From positions 128,001-192,000 of the IMG/VR virus record IMGVR_UViG_3300049988_000286: a DNA stretch of 64,000 nucleotides; one strand, written 5' to 3'. Positions within the stretch are counted from its first letter, which is position 1. Every line of letters starts with the position of its first letter. The position numbers and the translations under genes were made by a program. Origin of the DNA: a virus. Its lineage: Duplodnaviria; Caudoviricetes. This document shows, one piece after another, positions 28,431-37,837 of the stretch. The notes beneath the pieces are model-generated. The model was not told where the DNA came from, did not search any database, and saw nothing but the letters and a program-made list of their open reading frames with translations.

Positions 28431-28768
28431 GATATCGAATTCGCTGCTTCGTTGGAGACGGCAATAGAGAAGGCATCCGAGTAGGCGTGACGGACACGCT
28501 TCTCATCGGCGGGATCGTAGAAGGTCGCGCTCAAATCATCCCAGCCCGCCCTACCGCACAGTCGGCGAAGTCGGAACAACTGTCGCGCAACCTTGATCGA
28601 CCCCGCTTCGAACGGTTTGATCGCCCGCAGGAAATAGGGCGTTTGGAGAGTCAGGGTATGGCGATCCCACCCCAGATTCGGCATGTTGGCGAAGATGAAG
28701 TCGAGGGCTTCGCGGCCGATCTCGACTTCATCCCCGCTACGCTTCAGGCTAAACTTGGCTACCTTCAT
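28427..28768 (-). CDS. hypothetical protein
   Basis: GAGGG RBS before MKVAKF. Confidence 0.6.
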   Translation of the reverse strand: MKVAKFSLKRSGDEVEIGREALDFIFANMPNLGWDRHTLTLQTPYFLRAIKPFEAGSIKVARQLFRLRRLCGRAGWDDLSATFYDPADEKRVRHAYSDAFSIAVSNEAANSIS

Positions 28769-30476
28769 TGGCGATCCCTCGCAATAGATCAACTGTTTCT
28801 CTGATACCATACATGGCGGTGAAGGCACCGAAGCGCGGCCCCGACTCCTGACCCAAGACAGTCTCGTAGAGGGTCCGGAACCAATCACGCAAGCGTTCCT
28901 TGCCGAAATGTGCCTTCCCGACTTCGTAGACCTCGAACTGGATCATCTCCTCACCGGATCGTACACCCACCGCCCACTCGGGCAAGGGTTCAGCCAACAA
29001 CTGGAGGAACCGCGTGCCATCGGGATTAGCGCGATGCGCATAGGTGACATCCCCGAGAGACATACCATCAAGACGATCGGCGAGATCAAGCATCGCCACA
29101 CCTTCCTCCGGCGTGGGCAAGCGACGCGCCAGCTTCCCGGCGAGGAAATCCTCGTAATAGTTGAACGCGTGATCGATCAACCAACCGAGTTCCTCCTCCA
29201 AGGCATCGCTCATCACCGGAGTAACCCGCGACGCATAGGAGTGGAGACGCGCCTTACTGTCCACCGCCGCCGTCTGGGCGATGTTGAGCAGAAGCTGATA
29301 CGAGACCGGGAGACTTCCTTCGGGAACACCGGCGTGGACGTGGTGGACCGCATTGCCGAGACGCTGCTCCGAGGTCTGTTCCGCGTAGCGGCGACGCGCG
29401 TCGCGATAGTCCTCCTCCGCCTGAACGACGACGGCGGGATAGAGCTTCTTCGCCCGCTGCGGCTCACGGTAGAGGTAGGCGGCAAGGCTATCCTGCGAGC
29501 CGTAGCGGAGCCACTGCTCCATGGTGAGCCCATTGCCCTTCGACTTGCTGATCTTGCCGCCGTGCTCGTCGAGGAACATCTCGTAGATCATCGTCACCGG
29601 CGGGCGTCCCCCGATCGCACGGACGATCTTCGACGATAGCGTGACGCTATCGGTCAAGTCCTTGCCCGCCATCTCGTAATCGACGCCAAGGGCGAGCCAC
29701 CGCATCGCCCAGTCAGCCTTCCACTGACACTTCACGTTGCCGTTGCGAATGTCCCACATAACATCGCCAAGGCGATCGATGCCCCATTCAACGATCCGGA
29801 ACCGCCCGTCGTCCCGCACTGTCTTATACCAAGGCCCGCGACCGTAACTGACATCGATCACGCCAACATAGTTGGGGTTTGAGGTCACGCCCTCATTGAC
29901 GACATGGCCATCCTCCATGATGGGCATGAACGGCGAATAGGTGGCGCGACGCTCCTCCCCCAGCGTGGGAGCGATGATGCCGCGAACCTTGTCGTACTGG
30001 GCGTCGATGGCAAGCAGGGCGTCGTTGAAGCGGCCGGAGTTGTAGGTCTCCGTCGCAGACATGAACTCGTAGTCGAACCCGAAGCGATCGAGAAAGTCGC
30101 ACAGCATCGCGTTGTTGGCGTGAGCGAAACTCTGGTGGCGACCGCTGGGATCAGGGACGCGGGTGAGCGAGTATCCGAGCCACGGCGCGAGTGAGGCTTG
30201 TGCCTCCTCGGACAGATTTGTCGGGACACTCCGTAGAGCGTCCATGTCGTCGCTGAAGACGATCAGGCGCGTGCCGGCGTTGCGCGAGAAACCCATGAGG
30301 TCTTCGTAGGCACGGCGAACCATCGTGGTGCGCGCCACTTCGGCGAAGGTGCCGATGTGAGGCTGCCCCGATGGTCCATACCCGCACTCGAATACTACGT
30401 CGCGACCCGTGATGCCCCGCTGGGCGATCTTGCGGGCCTCAACGTACGGCCATGCCTTGCTCGACTGATAATCCAT
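28749..30476 (-). CDS. lysS: class I lysyl-tRNA synthetase
   Basis: GYGPSGQPHIGT (HIGH), DDMDALR, KCQWKADWAMRW, KISKSKGN (KMSKS), GPRFG. Confidence 0.93.
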   Translation of the reverse strand: MDYQSSKAWPYVEARKIAQRGITGRDVVFECGYGPSGQPHIGTFAEVARTTMVRRAYEDLMGFSRNAGTRLIVFSDDMDALRSVPTNLSEEAQASLAPWLGYSLTRVPDPSGRHQSFAHANNAMLCDFLDRFGFDYEFMSATETYNSGRFNDALLAIDAQYDKVRGIIAPTLGEERRATYSPFMPIMEDGHVVNEGVTSNPNYVGVIDVSYGRGPWYKTVRDDGRFRIVEWGIDRLGDVMWDIRNGNVKCQWKADWAMRWLALGVDYEMAGKDLTDSVTLSSKIVRAIGGRPPVTMIYEMFLDEHGGKISKSKGNGLTMEQWLRYGSQDSLAAYLYREPQRAKKLYPAVVVQAEEDYRDARRRYAEQTSEQRLGNAVHHVHAGVPEGSLPVSYQLLLNIAQTAAVDSKARLHSYASRVTPVMSDALEEELGWLIDHAFNYYEDFLAGKLARRLPTPEEGVAMLDLADRLDGMSLGDVTYAHRANPDGTRFLQLLAEPLPEWAVGVRSGEEMIQFEVYEVGKAHFGKERLRDWFRTLYETVLGQESGPRFGAFTAMYGIRETVDLLRGIANEGSQV

Positions 30477-30512
30477 TAATGACTTCCCCAATCGACCTTG
30501 GCCTTCAAGTTC

Positions 30513-30541
30513 GGTATGCCACGACGCGGAGGGTATGGCAA
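30513..30541 (-). promoter_or_regulatory. sigma70-type promoter of lysS
   Basis: TTGCCA-N17-CATACC on minus strand. Confidence 0.45.
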
Positions 30542-30544
30542 GCG

Positions 30545-31303
30545 TTACGCGAGGTGGTCGGAGTAGACGGAAACGACGTCGGTATCCGGCGAGAAGATGG
30601 AAGATCGTGCGGTTTTGCTCACGATGCCATCACGAATTTCATGAACGACCGCTCCTTTGAATAAGCCGATAATGTCGGTCTCGGTCACCGTGATCATGTC
30701 ATACTTCTTCTTCTTGCCCTTATCCCACTTCAGGGCCTTCTCCATCAGGATTGCGTTCAGCTTCGCGATCCGCTTGGGACAGCGGATATCGTAGATGCGA
30801 ACAGGCCGACCATCCCAATGTGCGTTAAGCACATAGTGCTGCTTGGGCGGGTCTTCGAGCACGGCGTGCGCGTGGTGGCCAAACCCGACAGTCGTGAACA
30901 GTGGATTTTTCTTGGTCTTGGACTGGCGCGGCACGAACACCTTACCGTTAGCGGCGACTTCCTTGTGCTTGGCCTCGCGCTTCTTTTTCCGCGCACGTTC
31001 TGTCGTCCGAACCTTCTTCGATACGCTACCGTTCTTTTCTTCGACCATCTTCACGATCCCGCGCTCGACCACGATTGCGTCTTCGTTGTTGCGCCCGTCG
31101 CTCGTGTTCTCATAGGACGGGTCAACCAACGCCATAAATTCGGCCAATGTCCAAGCATTGTAATTCTCGTTGTCAAGGATGTCGTATCCGAGTTTCCCCA
31201 ACAAGATACCGCGAATAGCGAGAATGACATTCACCAATTCCTTATTCGTAAGGTTAGGGAGAATGTCTTCGAGGTATTCTCTGTAGTCGATAGGCGTAGT
31301 CAA
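30545..31303 (-). CDS. hypothetical basic protein
   Basis: 252 aa; Lys/Arg-rich middle. Confidence 0.7.
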   Translation of the reverse strand: MTTPIDYREYLEDILPNLTNKELVNVILAIRGILLGKLGYDILDNENYNAWTLAEFMALVDPSYENTSDGRNNEDAIVVERGIVKMVEEKNGSVSKKVRTTERARKKKREAKHKEVAANGKVFVPRQSKTKKNPLFTTVGFGHHAHAVLEDPPKQHYVLNAHWDGRPVRIYDIRCPKRIAKLNAILMEKALKWDKGKKKKYDMITVTETDIIGLFKGAVVHEIRDGIVSKTARSSIFSPDTDVVSVYSDHLA

Positions 31304-31347
31304 AGTAACATCCAGTCATACTTGAAGTTAATATGACCGGATGGTAA

Positions 31348-32256
31348 CTAAATCTGTATCAGACCATCAATATTCTCATCACCGCCTATGATACTTTGAG
31401 AACTGTTGATACGATTACTCGCGATGTCAAAGTATTCGGAGTGACGCTCAATTCCAATGAAGTCGCGACCTGCTTCCACCGCTGCCACACCGTGTGAGCC
31501 GGAGCCAAGGAAGGGATCGAGCACGACCTGTCCCGGCGTTGAGAACAAACGGATCAGGTGGGCGATGAGAGGTACGGGTTTGACCGTGGGGTGGAAATTA
31601 CCCTCGCCCTTATCTGTTTTGCTGGGCTTCTTCACTTCCATGATGTTGCCGGGGAACATCCCGTCAAGCGTCTGCGTGACATCAACAAGGCCGGTGCGGT
31701 GCTGAAGCCAATTATCGACGAAGGTGCCATCGCGGGGTTTCTGCGCGAGGGTCATGGGTTCCATCTGCGGTTTGAGTTGCGGCGTCTTGCGCCCACCGAG
31801 ATCGGCGATGATTCGCGCCTTCTCCTCGTCGCTAATCTTCATCTTCCGGACGAAGTGATCTTGGGAGAAAGCTTTCGCTTGCCCCTCATACTTCCACGCC
31901 AACATGTCTCGAAGCTCGAATCCAGCGTCCTCAACCGCGACACCGAGGCGGTGATAAAGACGCGCTTGGGTGAAGCTGATGTAGAATGCACCGGGCACGA
32001 GCACGCGGTAAACTTCGCGGGAGATATCATGCATAAAGGTCTGGAACAAGCGACCCTGCTCTGGGTCGAACTTCATCCCTACTGGCAGACCGCCGATCAC
32101 TCCGGCTTTATTCTGGGAGTCTATTACTTTGTCGCCGTCCCATTCATCACCGAGACCATCAATGAAATAGGGCGGGTCGGTGACGCAGAGATGCACCGAA
32201 GAGTCTGGGATATTCTTGAGTGCGGTAAGGGCATCGCCATTTATTAGTTGAACCAT
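31348..32256 (-). CDS. DNA N6-adenine/N4-cytosine methyltransferase (beta class), orphan
   Basis: VTDPPY, HPTVKP, VLDPFLGSGS, FIGIE. Confidence 0.92.
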   Translation of the reverse strand: MVQLINGDALTALKNIPDSSVHLCVTDPPYFIDGLGDEWDGDKVIDSQNKAGVIGGLPVGMKFDPEQGRLFQTFMHDISREVYRVLVPGAFYISFTQARLYHRLGVAVEDAGFELRDMLAWKYEGQAKAFSQDHFVRKMKISDEEKARIIADLGGRKTPQLKPQMEPMTLAQKPRDGTFVDNWLQHRTGLVDVTQTLDGMFPGNIMEVKKPSKTDKGEGNFHPTVKPVPLIAHLIRLFSTPGQVVLDPFLGSGSHGVAAVEAGRDFIGIERHSEYFDIASNRINSSQSIIGGDENIDGLIQI

Positions 32257-32317
32257 GCCCTGTTATACTTGGCGGCGGGACGTGCTCGCAATATTGTCCC
32301 GCCGCCAAGGGCATGGT
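32252..32317. repeat. inverted repeat (14 bp perfect + 8 bp) between divergent MTase genes
   Basis: CTTGGCGGCGGGAC (32268-32281) / GTCCCGCCGCCAAG (32296-32309); ACCATGCC / GGCATGGT flanks. Confidence 0.8.
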
Positions 32318-32393
32318 GGTTGCTTGAAAGTGCTCGATCGTTGCGGCGAGCATGTTGTAGAAAGTTTCCCGAAAACTTTAGCCTAAATACATT

Positions 32394-33206
32394 ATGGACG
32401 ACTTTAATGACGGCTCGGTTCGCCTATTTCACGGCGATTGTTTAAGCAAGATGCAAGAGATCGCCGATCAGAGTGTTGAATTAATACTATGTGATCTCCC
32501 CTATGGGACAACTGCTTGTGCGTGGGACTCGATCATCGATCTCAATGCCATGTGGTCCGCGTATCGCCGCATCATCACACCAACGGGCGCGATCGTGTTG
32601 ACTGCCGCCCAACCATTTACTTCGGTGCTCGCAGTCTCAAACCTCGAATGGTTCAAATACACTTGGGTGTGGGAAAAGAATCGACCCACCAATTTCGCAC
32701 ATGCCAAGAACAAACCAATGAAGAAGCATGAGGACATTCTAGTATTCTCTCCCGGAACTACGGTTCACAAGAGCCAGAGCAAAACGCGGATGACATACAA
32801 CCCACAGGGAGTGCAGCAGATCACTCCGAAGAAGGTAACGAAGAAAGCGAGCGAGAAGACCGACGCTTTCTTCGCAGACCGCCCCGGTCACCGAGAGTTC
32901 GAAAGGAAGGAGGCGGGCTTCCCGCACTCTATCTTGACCTTTGCTACTGACCAGCTTGGTCTCCACCCCACGGCAAAGCCCATCGACCTCATGCGCTATC
33001 TGGTGCGGACCTACAGCAACCTCGGCGAGACTGTGCTCGATAACACGATGGGGAGTGGTTCCACCGGTATCGCGGCAGTCATGGAAGGACGCAAGTTCAT
33101 CGGGATCGAGCAGGATGACCACTACTTTGAAATGTCGCGACGACGGATAGTCGAGGTGAGTGAGCCCAACCCCGTCGAGGACGGGGATGGGATTATCATC
33201 GCCTGA
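32394..33206 (+). CDS. DNA N6-adenine/N4-cytosine methyltransferase (beta class), paralog of 25280
   Basis: DLPYG, HPTAKP, VLDNTMGSGSTG; TAAATA-catt-ATG. Confidence 0.92.
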   Translation: MDDFNDGSVRLFHGDCLSKMQEIADQSVELILCDLPYGTTACAWDSIIDLNAMWSAYRRIITPTGAIVLTAAQPFTSVLAVSNLEWFKYTWVWEKNRPTNFAHAKNKPMKKHEDILVFSPGTTVHKSQSKTRMTYNPQGVQQITPKKVTKKASEKTDAFFADRPGHREFERKEAGFPHSILTFATDQLGLHPTAKPIDLMRYLVRTYSNLGETVLDNTMGSGSTGIAAVMEGRKFIGIEQDDHYFEMSRRRIVEVSEPNPVEDGDGIIIA

Positions 33207-34110
33207 AGTCGCGCAGAGCATCTGGGAGAGACGAGTAGGTCTTGAGTTTAGTCACGCGGTCACGAAAATGATAAAGGTTCTCGTGACCCGCCTCGCGAAC
33301 CAGCGACATATGCGATTTCGCCAGCCATGTGTTGAACACCTCGCGATCGTCCGGAATAGCCTTGACATTGGTTTGCCTACGCAGCAGCGGCACTTCATCT
33401 TCGTAGCGTTTGATGATTTGGCTAAAACTCGGCCAGTCTGATGGCCCAGATAGCGTGATATTGTCCGCCCTGATCATTGTCATGCCGAAGTGATTACCGC
33501 TACCCGCATAACCGAGTAAGGGTATTTGATCGAAGTTGAAGCCGATCAGAGCACTCATTAACAGCATCACCCAAGCCTCTGCTTTCGTGTCGCGCTTATC
33601 ATAGTGGCTGACGATTTCCGCCATTGCCTCTGGATAGAGACGCGAAGCGTTGTCGTGGAACCACGCGCAGAACGTGCTACGAGACCATTGCGTGATGGTG
33701 ACCACGACCGTGGCACGCGGTGCAAGATGGCGCGAGAGTGTCCTCTCAATCCACAGACCAATATCTGGGGTGATCCCCGACATGAGATCGAGGTTGACTA
33801 GATCGTAGGGCTTTGTGGGAACGAAGCATTCAACGGGTGTATGGATGATTTCGATCCGGTCAGCACCGACCGAGCCGTTAAGATAAAGACGATCTCGGGT
33901 TTTGCCCATGTGAACAAGCTCGGAAGTTTCGTGTTCGATCCACGTCTGCTCGGTCTGCGCCGTGATAGCATCGAGGCGTAGCATGTCACGGACATCGAGC
34001 GCCTCTCGGCCCGGCAAGGTCAGGAGGCTCTTGTAGGGCATACGAGGAAGTGTACCAAACACGATCTCCCGCGCATCATTCTTGCCGTCATTATCGTAGT
34101 CGAGCATCAT
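33196..34110 (-). CDS. class I SAM-dependent methyltransferase-fold protein
   Basis: LLTLPGREALD (motif I-like), WIEHE, PYDLVNLDLM, HLAPRATVVVT. Confidence 0.6.
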   Translation of the reverse strand: MMLDYDNDGKNDAREIVFGTLPRMPYKSLLTLPGREALDVRDMLRLDAITAQTEQTWIEHETSELVHMGKTRDRLYLNGSVGADRIEIIHTPVECFVPTKPYDLVNLDLMSGITPDIGLWIERTLSRHLAPRATVVVTITQWSRSTFCAWFHDNASRLYPEAMAEIVSHYDKRDTKAEAWVMLLMSALIGFNFDQIPLLGYAGSGNHFGMTMIRADNITLSGPSDWPSFSQIIKRYEDEVPLLRRQTNVKAIPDDREVFNTWLAKSHMSLVREAGHENLYHFRDRVTKLKTYSSLPDALRDFRR

Positions 34111-36383
34111 GCCATTTTACTCTTGGAAATAGCGACCTGATGCGATTCGCGACGGTGTAGGCTGCGCGCGCTGGGGCCGACTTTAACCGGCACCACGACG
34201 TTCTCGGGAGTCTCCTCGAACTTGATATACTCCCTATCAACCAGCATGGTTACGAGGTGAACCACAGGGGTGCCGCTGCGTAGATCGAACGAAACGCGAA
34301 ACCGACGCTTTTTGGCATCGAGGAGCGTGGTGCGATTGTTGTGGCCGCTGGTCTTCCGGCCCCCCTTGCCGCCGTACTTGATGAAGTGATTACGGATGTC
34401 GATCTCGACGTGCTTCTGCTCGTTGACAGGATAGTGCACCCCATCTGGGCGCGTAGTGCCCGGACGCAACAGCTTCGCGCCAACACCAGCCTTCGTCATC
34501 GCATCTTGCAGATCACCCCAATACGGTCCCACAATAGCTTCGATGTCGAAGTTGAGGTAACGCGAGCGGGCAAGGTCGGACGGCGCGGACGTGACCGGAC
34601 CCTTCGCCCATGAGAGTTTGGGTACCGGGCCGTTTGTCTGGATAACCTTGGCTTCTCCAAACTGTTTGTGCCCCACGTTGACCTTCGCCTCTCGGTCGTC
34701 GCGCCTCACGACGTGTCCGAACACGTCGGTAAATCGCTGCCGAAGAGCCGTGAGGTGTTTGTATTCGGATTTGGTGAAATCGATGATAACTTGGTCTAGC
34801 GTCTGGCCGTTACGCGGCAAGAAGTTTTCCATGACAATCGAGTTACTGCCCGGATTCTTACGTGGAATCTTCTCGTGATACTTGTCATAGTCGCGGCGAA
34901 ACAGCCCGATCATCTTTTCGTTCTCGTCGCTCACGATCACCATAGTGGACCGCTGGTCGATAATCTTGAACCATCCACTCATGCGACCCATCGTGCCCTG
35001 CTCCATAGCGATGGTGTTGCTGAATGCGTCAGTGAAGTCGAACGCGAGGGTGCATTCGGCGGGAACGCGATCCTGTCGCCGAGCCGCCCCTTTCACGACG
35101 ATCAGGCAATAACCGTCGTTCTCTGCTAGCACGTCATCGATCTGCTTGTATCGCTTCTGCCCCGGCAGTAGCCGACCCTTGCGCTTCATATGCGTGTCGT
35201 AGAATGGGACCAGCTTGATCCCTTGCTTGCGCAGGATGGGTTCAACGTGCTTCTCGAAGTGGGCAGTCGTTGCCGCCGACCCCACGCGCACGATCCCTGC
35301 ACGACCGCCATTGAACTTTAGGCCGTTGAACCCACGGCGGGACGGTGGGTTCATGCAGCATTCGTAAAGCACCTCTGCGAGTAATTCCGCCTGAAGCCGA
35401 GCGTCCTTCTTGCGGTGCGTGTTGTTGCTCGACAGGTTCGCCGTATAGCTGGCCAAGGTGAAATCTGCGAAGGCAGGGTTACGAACGAGCTTCGACACGG
35501 TAGTGAACCCAAGCACGGGGGTTCGTTTACCCGCAACGGTACCGCAATATCCGCTGTTTGGATCGATGTGAACTTTGTAGTGTTTATAGTTCTCGATCTC
35601 CCTGTAGGGGTAGCTGGTCGCCGAGATGAGCAATAGGCGCACCTCATAACCACGGTTGCGAAGCTCGACCATCCAGCGATCAAGAACACTGTTGATACCG
35701 CTCGCGGCGTCACCCTCGTCGATGACTAAAGTGATGATTGTGGCTCCGATTTCCGTCGCGCCAGCATCGATCTCGTCGATAGGTGTTTCAGTCGAGCGTT
35801 TGAACGACTTGATCAGCCCGTTCTTGCAAGCGTCTTGGATGGTGTAGACCTCGCCATCGAGGTGCAGCGAGGCGTGCAGATCGACGAAATCTTCGAGGTC
35901 GTTGTTGGTTTGATCGGCACCGATATTTTTACCGGGGTTGACCAGTGCAATATACTCGGGGTTGCCGTCACGCTCGTTAAGCAACGCCCGAATACCGACA
36001 GCGAAAATCGAGGATACGGTCTTGCCGTATTGTGTCTCCGCCTCCAGCGCAATGTGGCTGGTGCTGTCAAGCAGAGACAGCATGTTTGCGACGACCTCGC
36101 CCTTATCGACATGGGGCATGGCACCGGGATAGGAACTGATAACCTCGAACGCCGTTTCGCTGCGCAACTGCATCTTGGCGTAGATTTCTCGCTGACGCTC
36201 CACCGAGAGCTTTATGTGCAGTGAGTGCGCAAGCTGGGCGTCAACGGCGACCTCTTGGAAGTCGTCGTTGAGGAAGGTGGTCAGGTGATCGAGGTATTGG
36301 CGATGGCCTTCGCCAACGATCCGCTGCATATCGCGAACGGTGAACGTCGCCTTGTCGTTCTTGATGCGAGATCGGATGGCCAT
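34107..36383 (-). CDS. SF2 helicase-like ATPase with Z1-domain-like motifs
   Basis: ETQYGKT (Walker A variant), VIDEGDAASGIN, ISAT, MEQGTMGRMSGW. Confidence 0.65.
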   Translation of the reverse strand: MAIRSRIKNDKATFTVRDMQRIVGEGHRQYLDHLTTFLNDDFQEVAVDAQLAHSLHIKLSVERQREIYAKMQLRSETAFEVISSYPGAMPHVDKGEVVANMLSLLDSTSHIALEAETQYGKTVSSIFAVGIRALLNERDGNPEYIALVNPGKNIGADQTNNDLEDFVDLHASLHLDGEVYTIQDACKNGLIKSFKRSTETPIDEIDAGATEIGATIITLVIDEGDAASGINSVLDRWMVELRNRGYEVRLLLISATSYPYREIENYKHYKVHIDPNSGYCGTVAGKRTPVLGFTTVSKLVRNPAFADFTLASYTANLSSNNTHRKKDARLQAELLAEVLYECCMNPPSRRGFNGLKFNGGRAGIVRVGSAATTAHFEKHVEPILRKQGIKLVPFYDTHMKRKGRLLPGQKRYKQIDDVLAENDGYCLIVVKGAARRQDRVPAECTLAFDFTDAFSNTIAMEQGTMGRMSGWFKIIDQRSTMVIVSDENEKMIGLFRRDYDKYHEKIPRKNPGSNSIVMENFLPRNGQTLDQVIIDFTKSEYKHLTALRQRFTDVFGHVVRRDDREAKVNVGHKQFGEAKVIQTNGPVPKLSWAKGPVTSAPSDLARSRYLNFDIEAIVGPYWGDLQDAMTKAGVGAKLLRPGTTRPDGVHYPVNEQKHVEIDIRNHFIKYGGKGGRKTSGHNNRTTLLDAKKRRFRVSFDLRSGTPVVHLVTMLVDREYIKFEETPENVVVPVKVGPSARSLHRRESHQVAISKSKMA

Positions 36384-36384
36384 C

Positions 36385-36753
36385 TTACTTCGTCGCCCGG
36401 AGAGAGTAAGTGCCATCGTCGTTCTTTACGAGGGGGCCAGTCTTGGGTAGGTTTTTGCCGCGACGCGAACCTTCGTTCTGCAACTCGACGAGAGCCCACG
36501 AAATGGTGTTCTTCGTCTCGGGAGTACCGCCGATACGCTCCCGAATCTGGTTAGCGGTAAGCGGCTTACGTGTGAGAGCCTTGAGGATGGGGGCGTGAAA
36601 ATCGGATGCCTTGGCATCCGACTTGGGGAGTGACTTTGGACCGCGTTTTGCGGGGCCGGAGATGGTAGAAAGGGTGACGGCGATCTCACCATCTGGCTGC
36701 ATCGCACCGAAATCGACGCGGAGCGCCTCACCTGCGTTCAACACCATGTGCAT
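36385..36753 (-). CDS. putative winged-helix DNA-binding protein
   Basis: AGGAG RBS; C-terminal ILKALTRKPLTANQIRERIG...ISWALVEL...DGTYSL. Confidence 0.5.
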   Translation of the reverse strand: MHMVLNAGEALRVDFGAMQPDGEIAVTLSTISGPAKRGPKSLPKSDAKASDFHAPILKALTRKPLTANQIRERIGGTPETKNTISWALVELQNEGSRRGKNLPKTGPLVKNDDGTYSLRATK

Positions 36754-36849
36754 AAAAGATTCTCCTCTTGAAACCGAGGGAACTATCATACTTTTGTGAG
36801 TTTGCAAGCGAAAACTCGCAACGACATAAGGTGCTGTGGGTGCCTTTCC

Positions 36850-36981
36850 TTACTTCTTGGAATGGTCACCTCCCCGACACCCGCACTCCGCTTCCTCGGG
36901 AGTGTCTCCCAACATCTCCCTGACCTCGCGGCACAGGGCCTCGTCCTTCTCCGGTGCTTTGTGCTTCTCACCCTTGCTCAT
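36850..36981 (-). CDS. small hypothetical protein (43 aa)
   Basis: GGAGG RBS; MSKGEKHKAPEK... Confidence 0.45.
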   Translation of the reverse strand: MSKGEKHKAPEKDEALCREVREMLGDTPEEAECGCRGGDHSKK

Positions 36982-37807
36982 GCTCTTTCCTCCAATGGAA
37001 TTTACCGGCAGTCTTTGCCTGACCGTTGACGCACATCTGGATGCTGGACGCTGCAATCCCAGTATTTTTAGATGCCTCTGTGCAAGTTCTAAACGAGGCT
37101 ACCTCGCTACCGTCCGGGTTCAACTGCACGATCCGGTAATCAGTCTTCTTTTGACGATGCACGATCGGTGGGATCACTTCCACGTTGTGGCCCATCTTTG
37201 CTTGGATCACCAAACCGTCTTCAGTCCGCGTAGTACGGCTTTTACCTAGAAGCACCTGATTGAGAAGGCGATAGTCGATACCAAGTTCCGTCGCCGCCGA
37301 CCTCTGTGAGGTGTATTGCCCAATCGGTACACCGTCAGCGCCGTAAATCGTTACAGGCTTCGAAAATCGATCTGTCATGTCAGGCCGCTTTCGGCCCACG
37401 TTGATTTTGTTGCCAATCTTCTTCTCGGACATGATCGCTTTGGTGGCTTCCGTGTGGCGAAGGCCGTTCGCACCCTCTCCACCAAGGGTCAGGTTCGCAA
37501 GAGGCCCGGTGCCGTCACAACGCCTTCCAATTTGACCGATAAGCGCAATCTCGATCGCTTGGGCCATCTTCTCGGTCTCAACCGTCGCAAGGACATCTTC
37601 TACGATCTTCAGCCCATTCCTCCACGCCTTCCTGATAATATGCGCTTTGATCGTCTTGGCATCCCGCTTTCGAGCATCACAGAGATGCTCATTGAGACGA
37701 CGAGAACCGACAAAAGAGATGCCGATGTAAAAGGGGACTTCTTGTCCCTCTACTCGCAATTGATAAACATAATGTGACACGATGCTAAACTCCGATAGAA
37801 AGATCAT
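36968..37807 (-). mobile_element. free-standing GIY-YIG homing endonuclease with NUMOD-type DNA-binding repeats
   Basis: YVYQL...FYIGIS, RLNEH, NLTLGGEG, NUMOD1-like 'F.S..EAS..TGI..SSI..C..G..KTAG.F.W'. Confidence 0.8.
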
Positions 37808-37837
37808 CTGTCGTTATTTAGCATCGTGTCCATTCAA

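Noticed and set aside
31348-32256. CcrM (GANTC) mimic
   Set aside because: Beta-class motifs are present but not the CcrM-specific DPPYNLQL context; specificity cannot be read from sequence.
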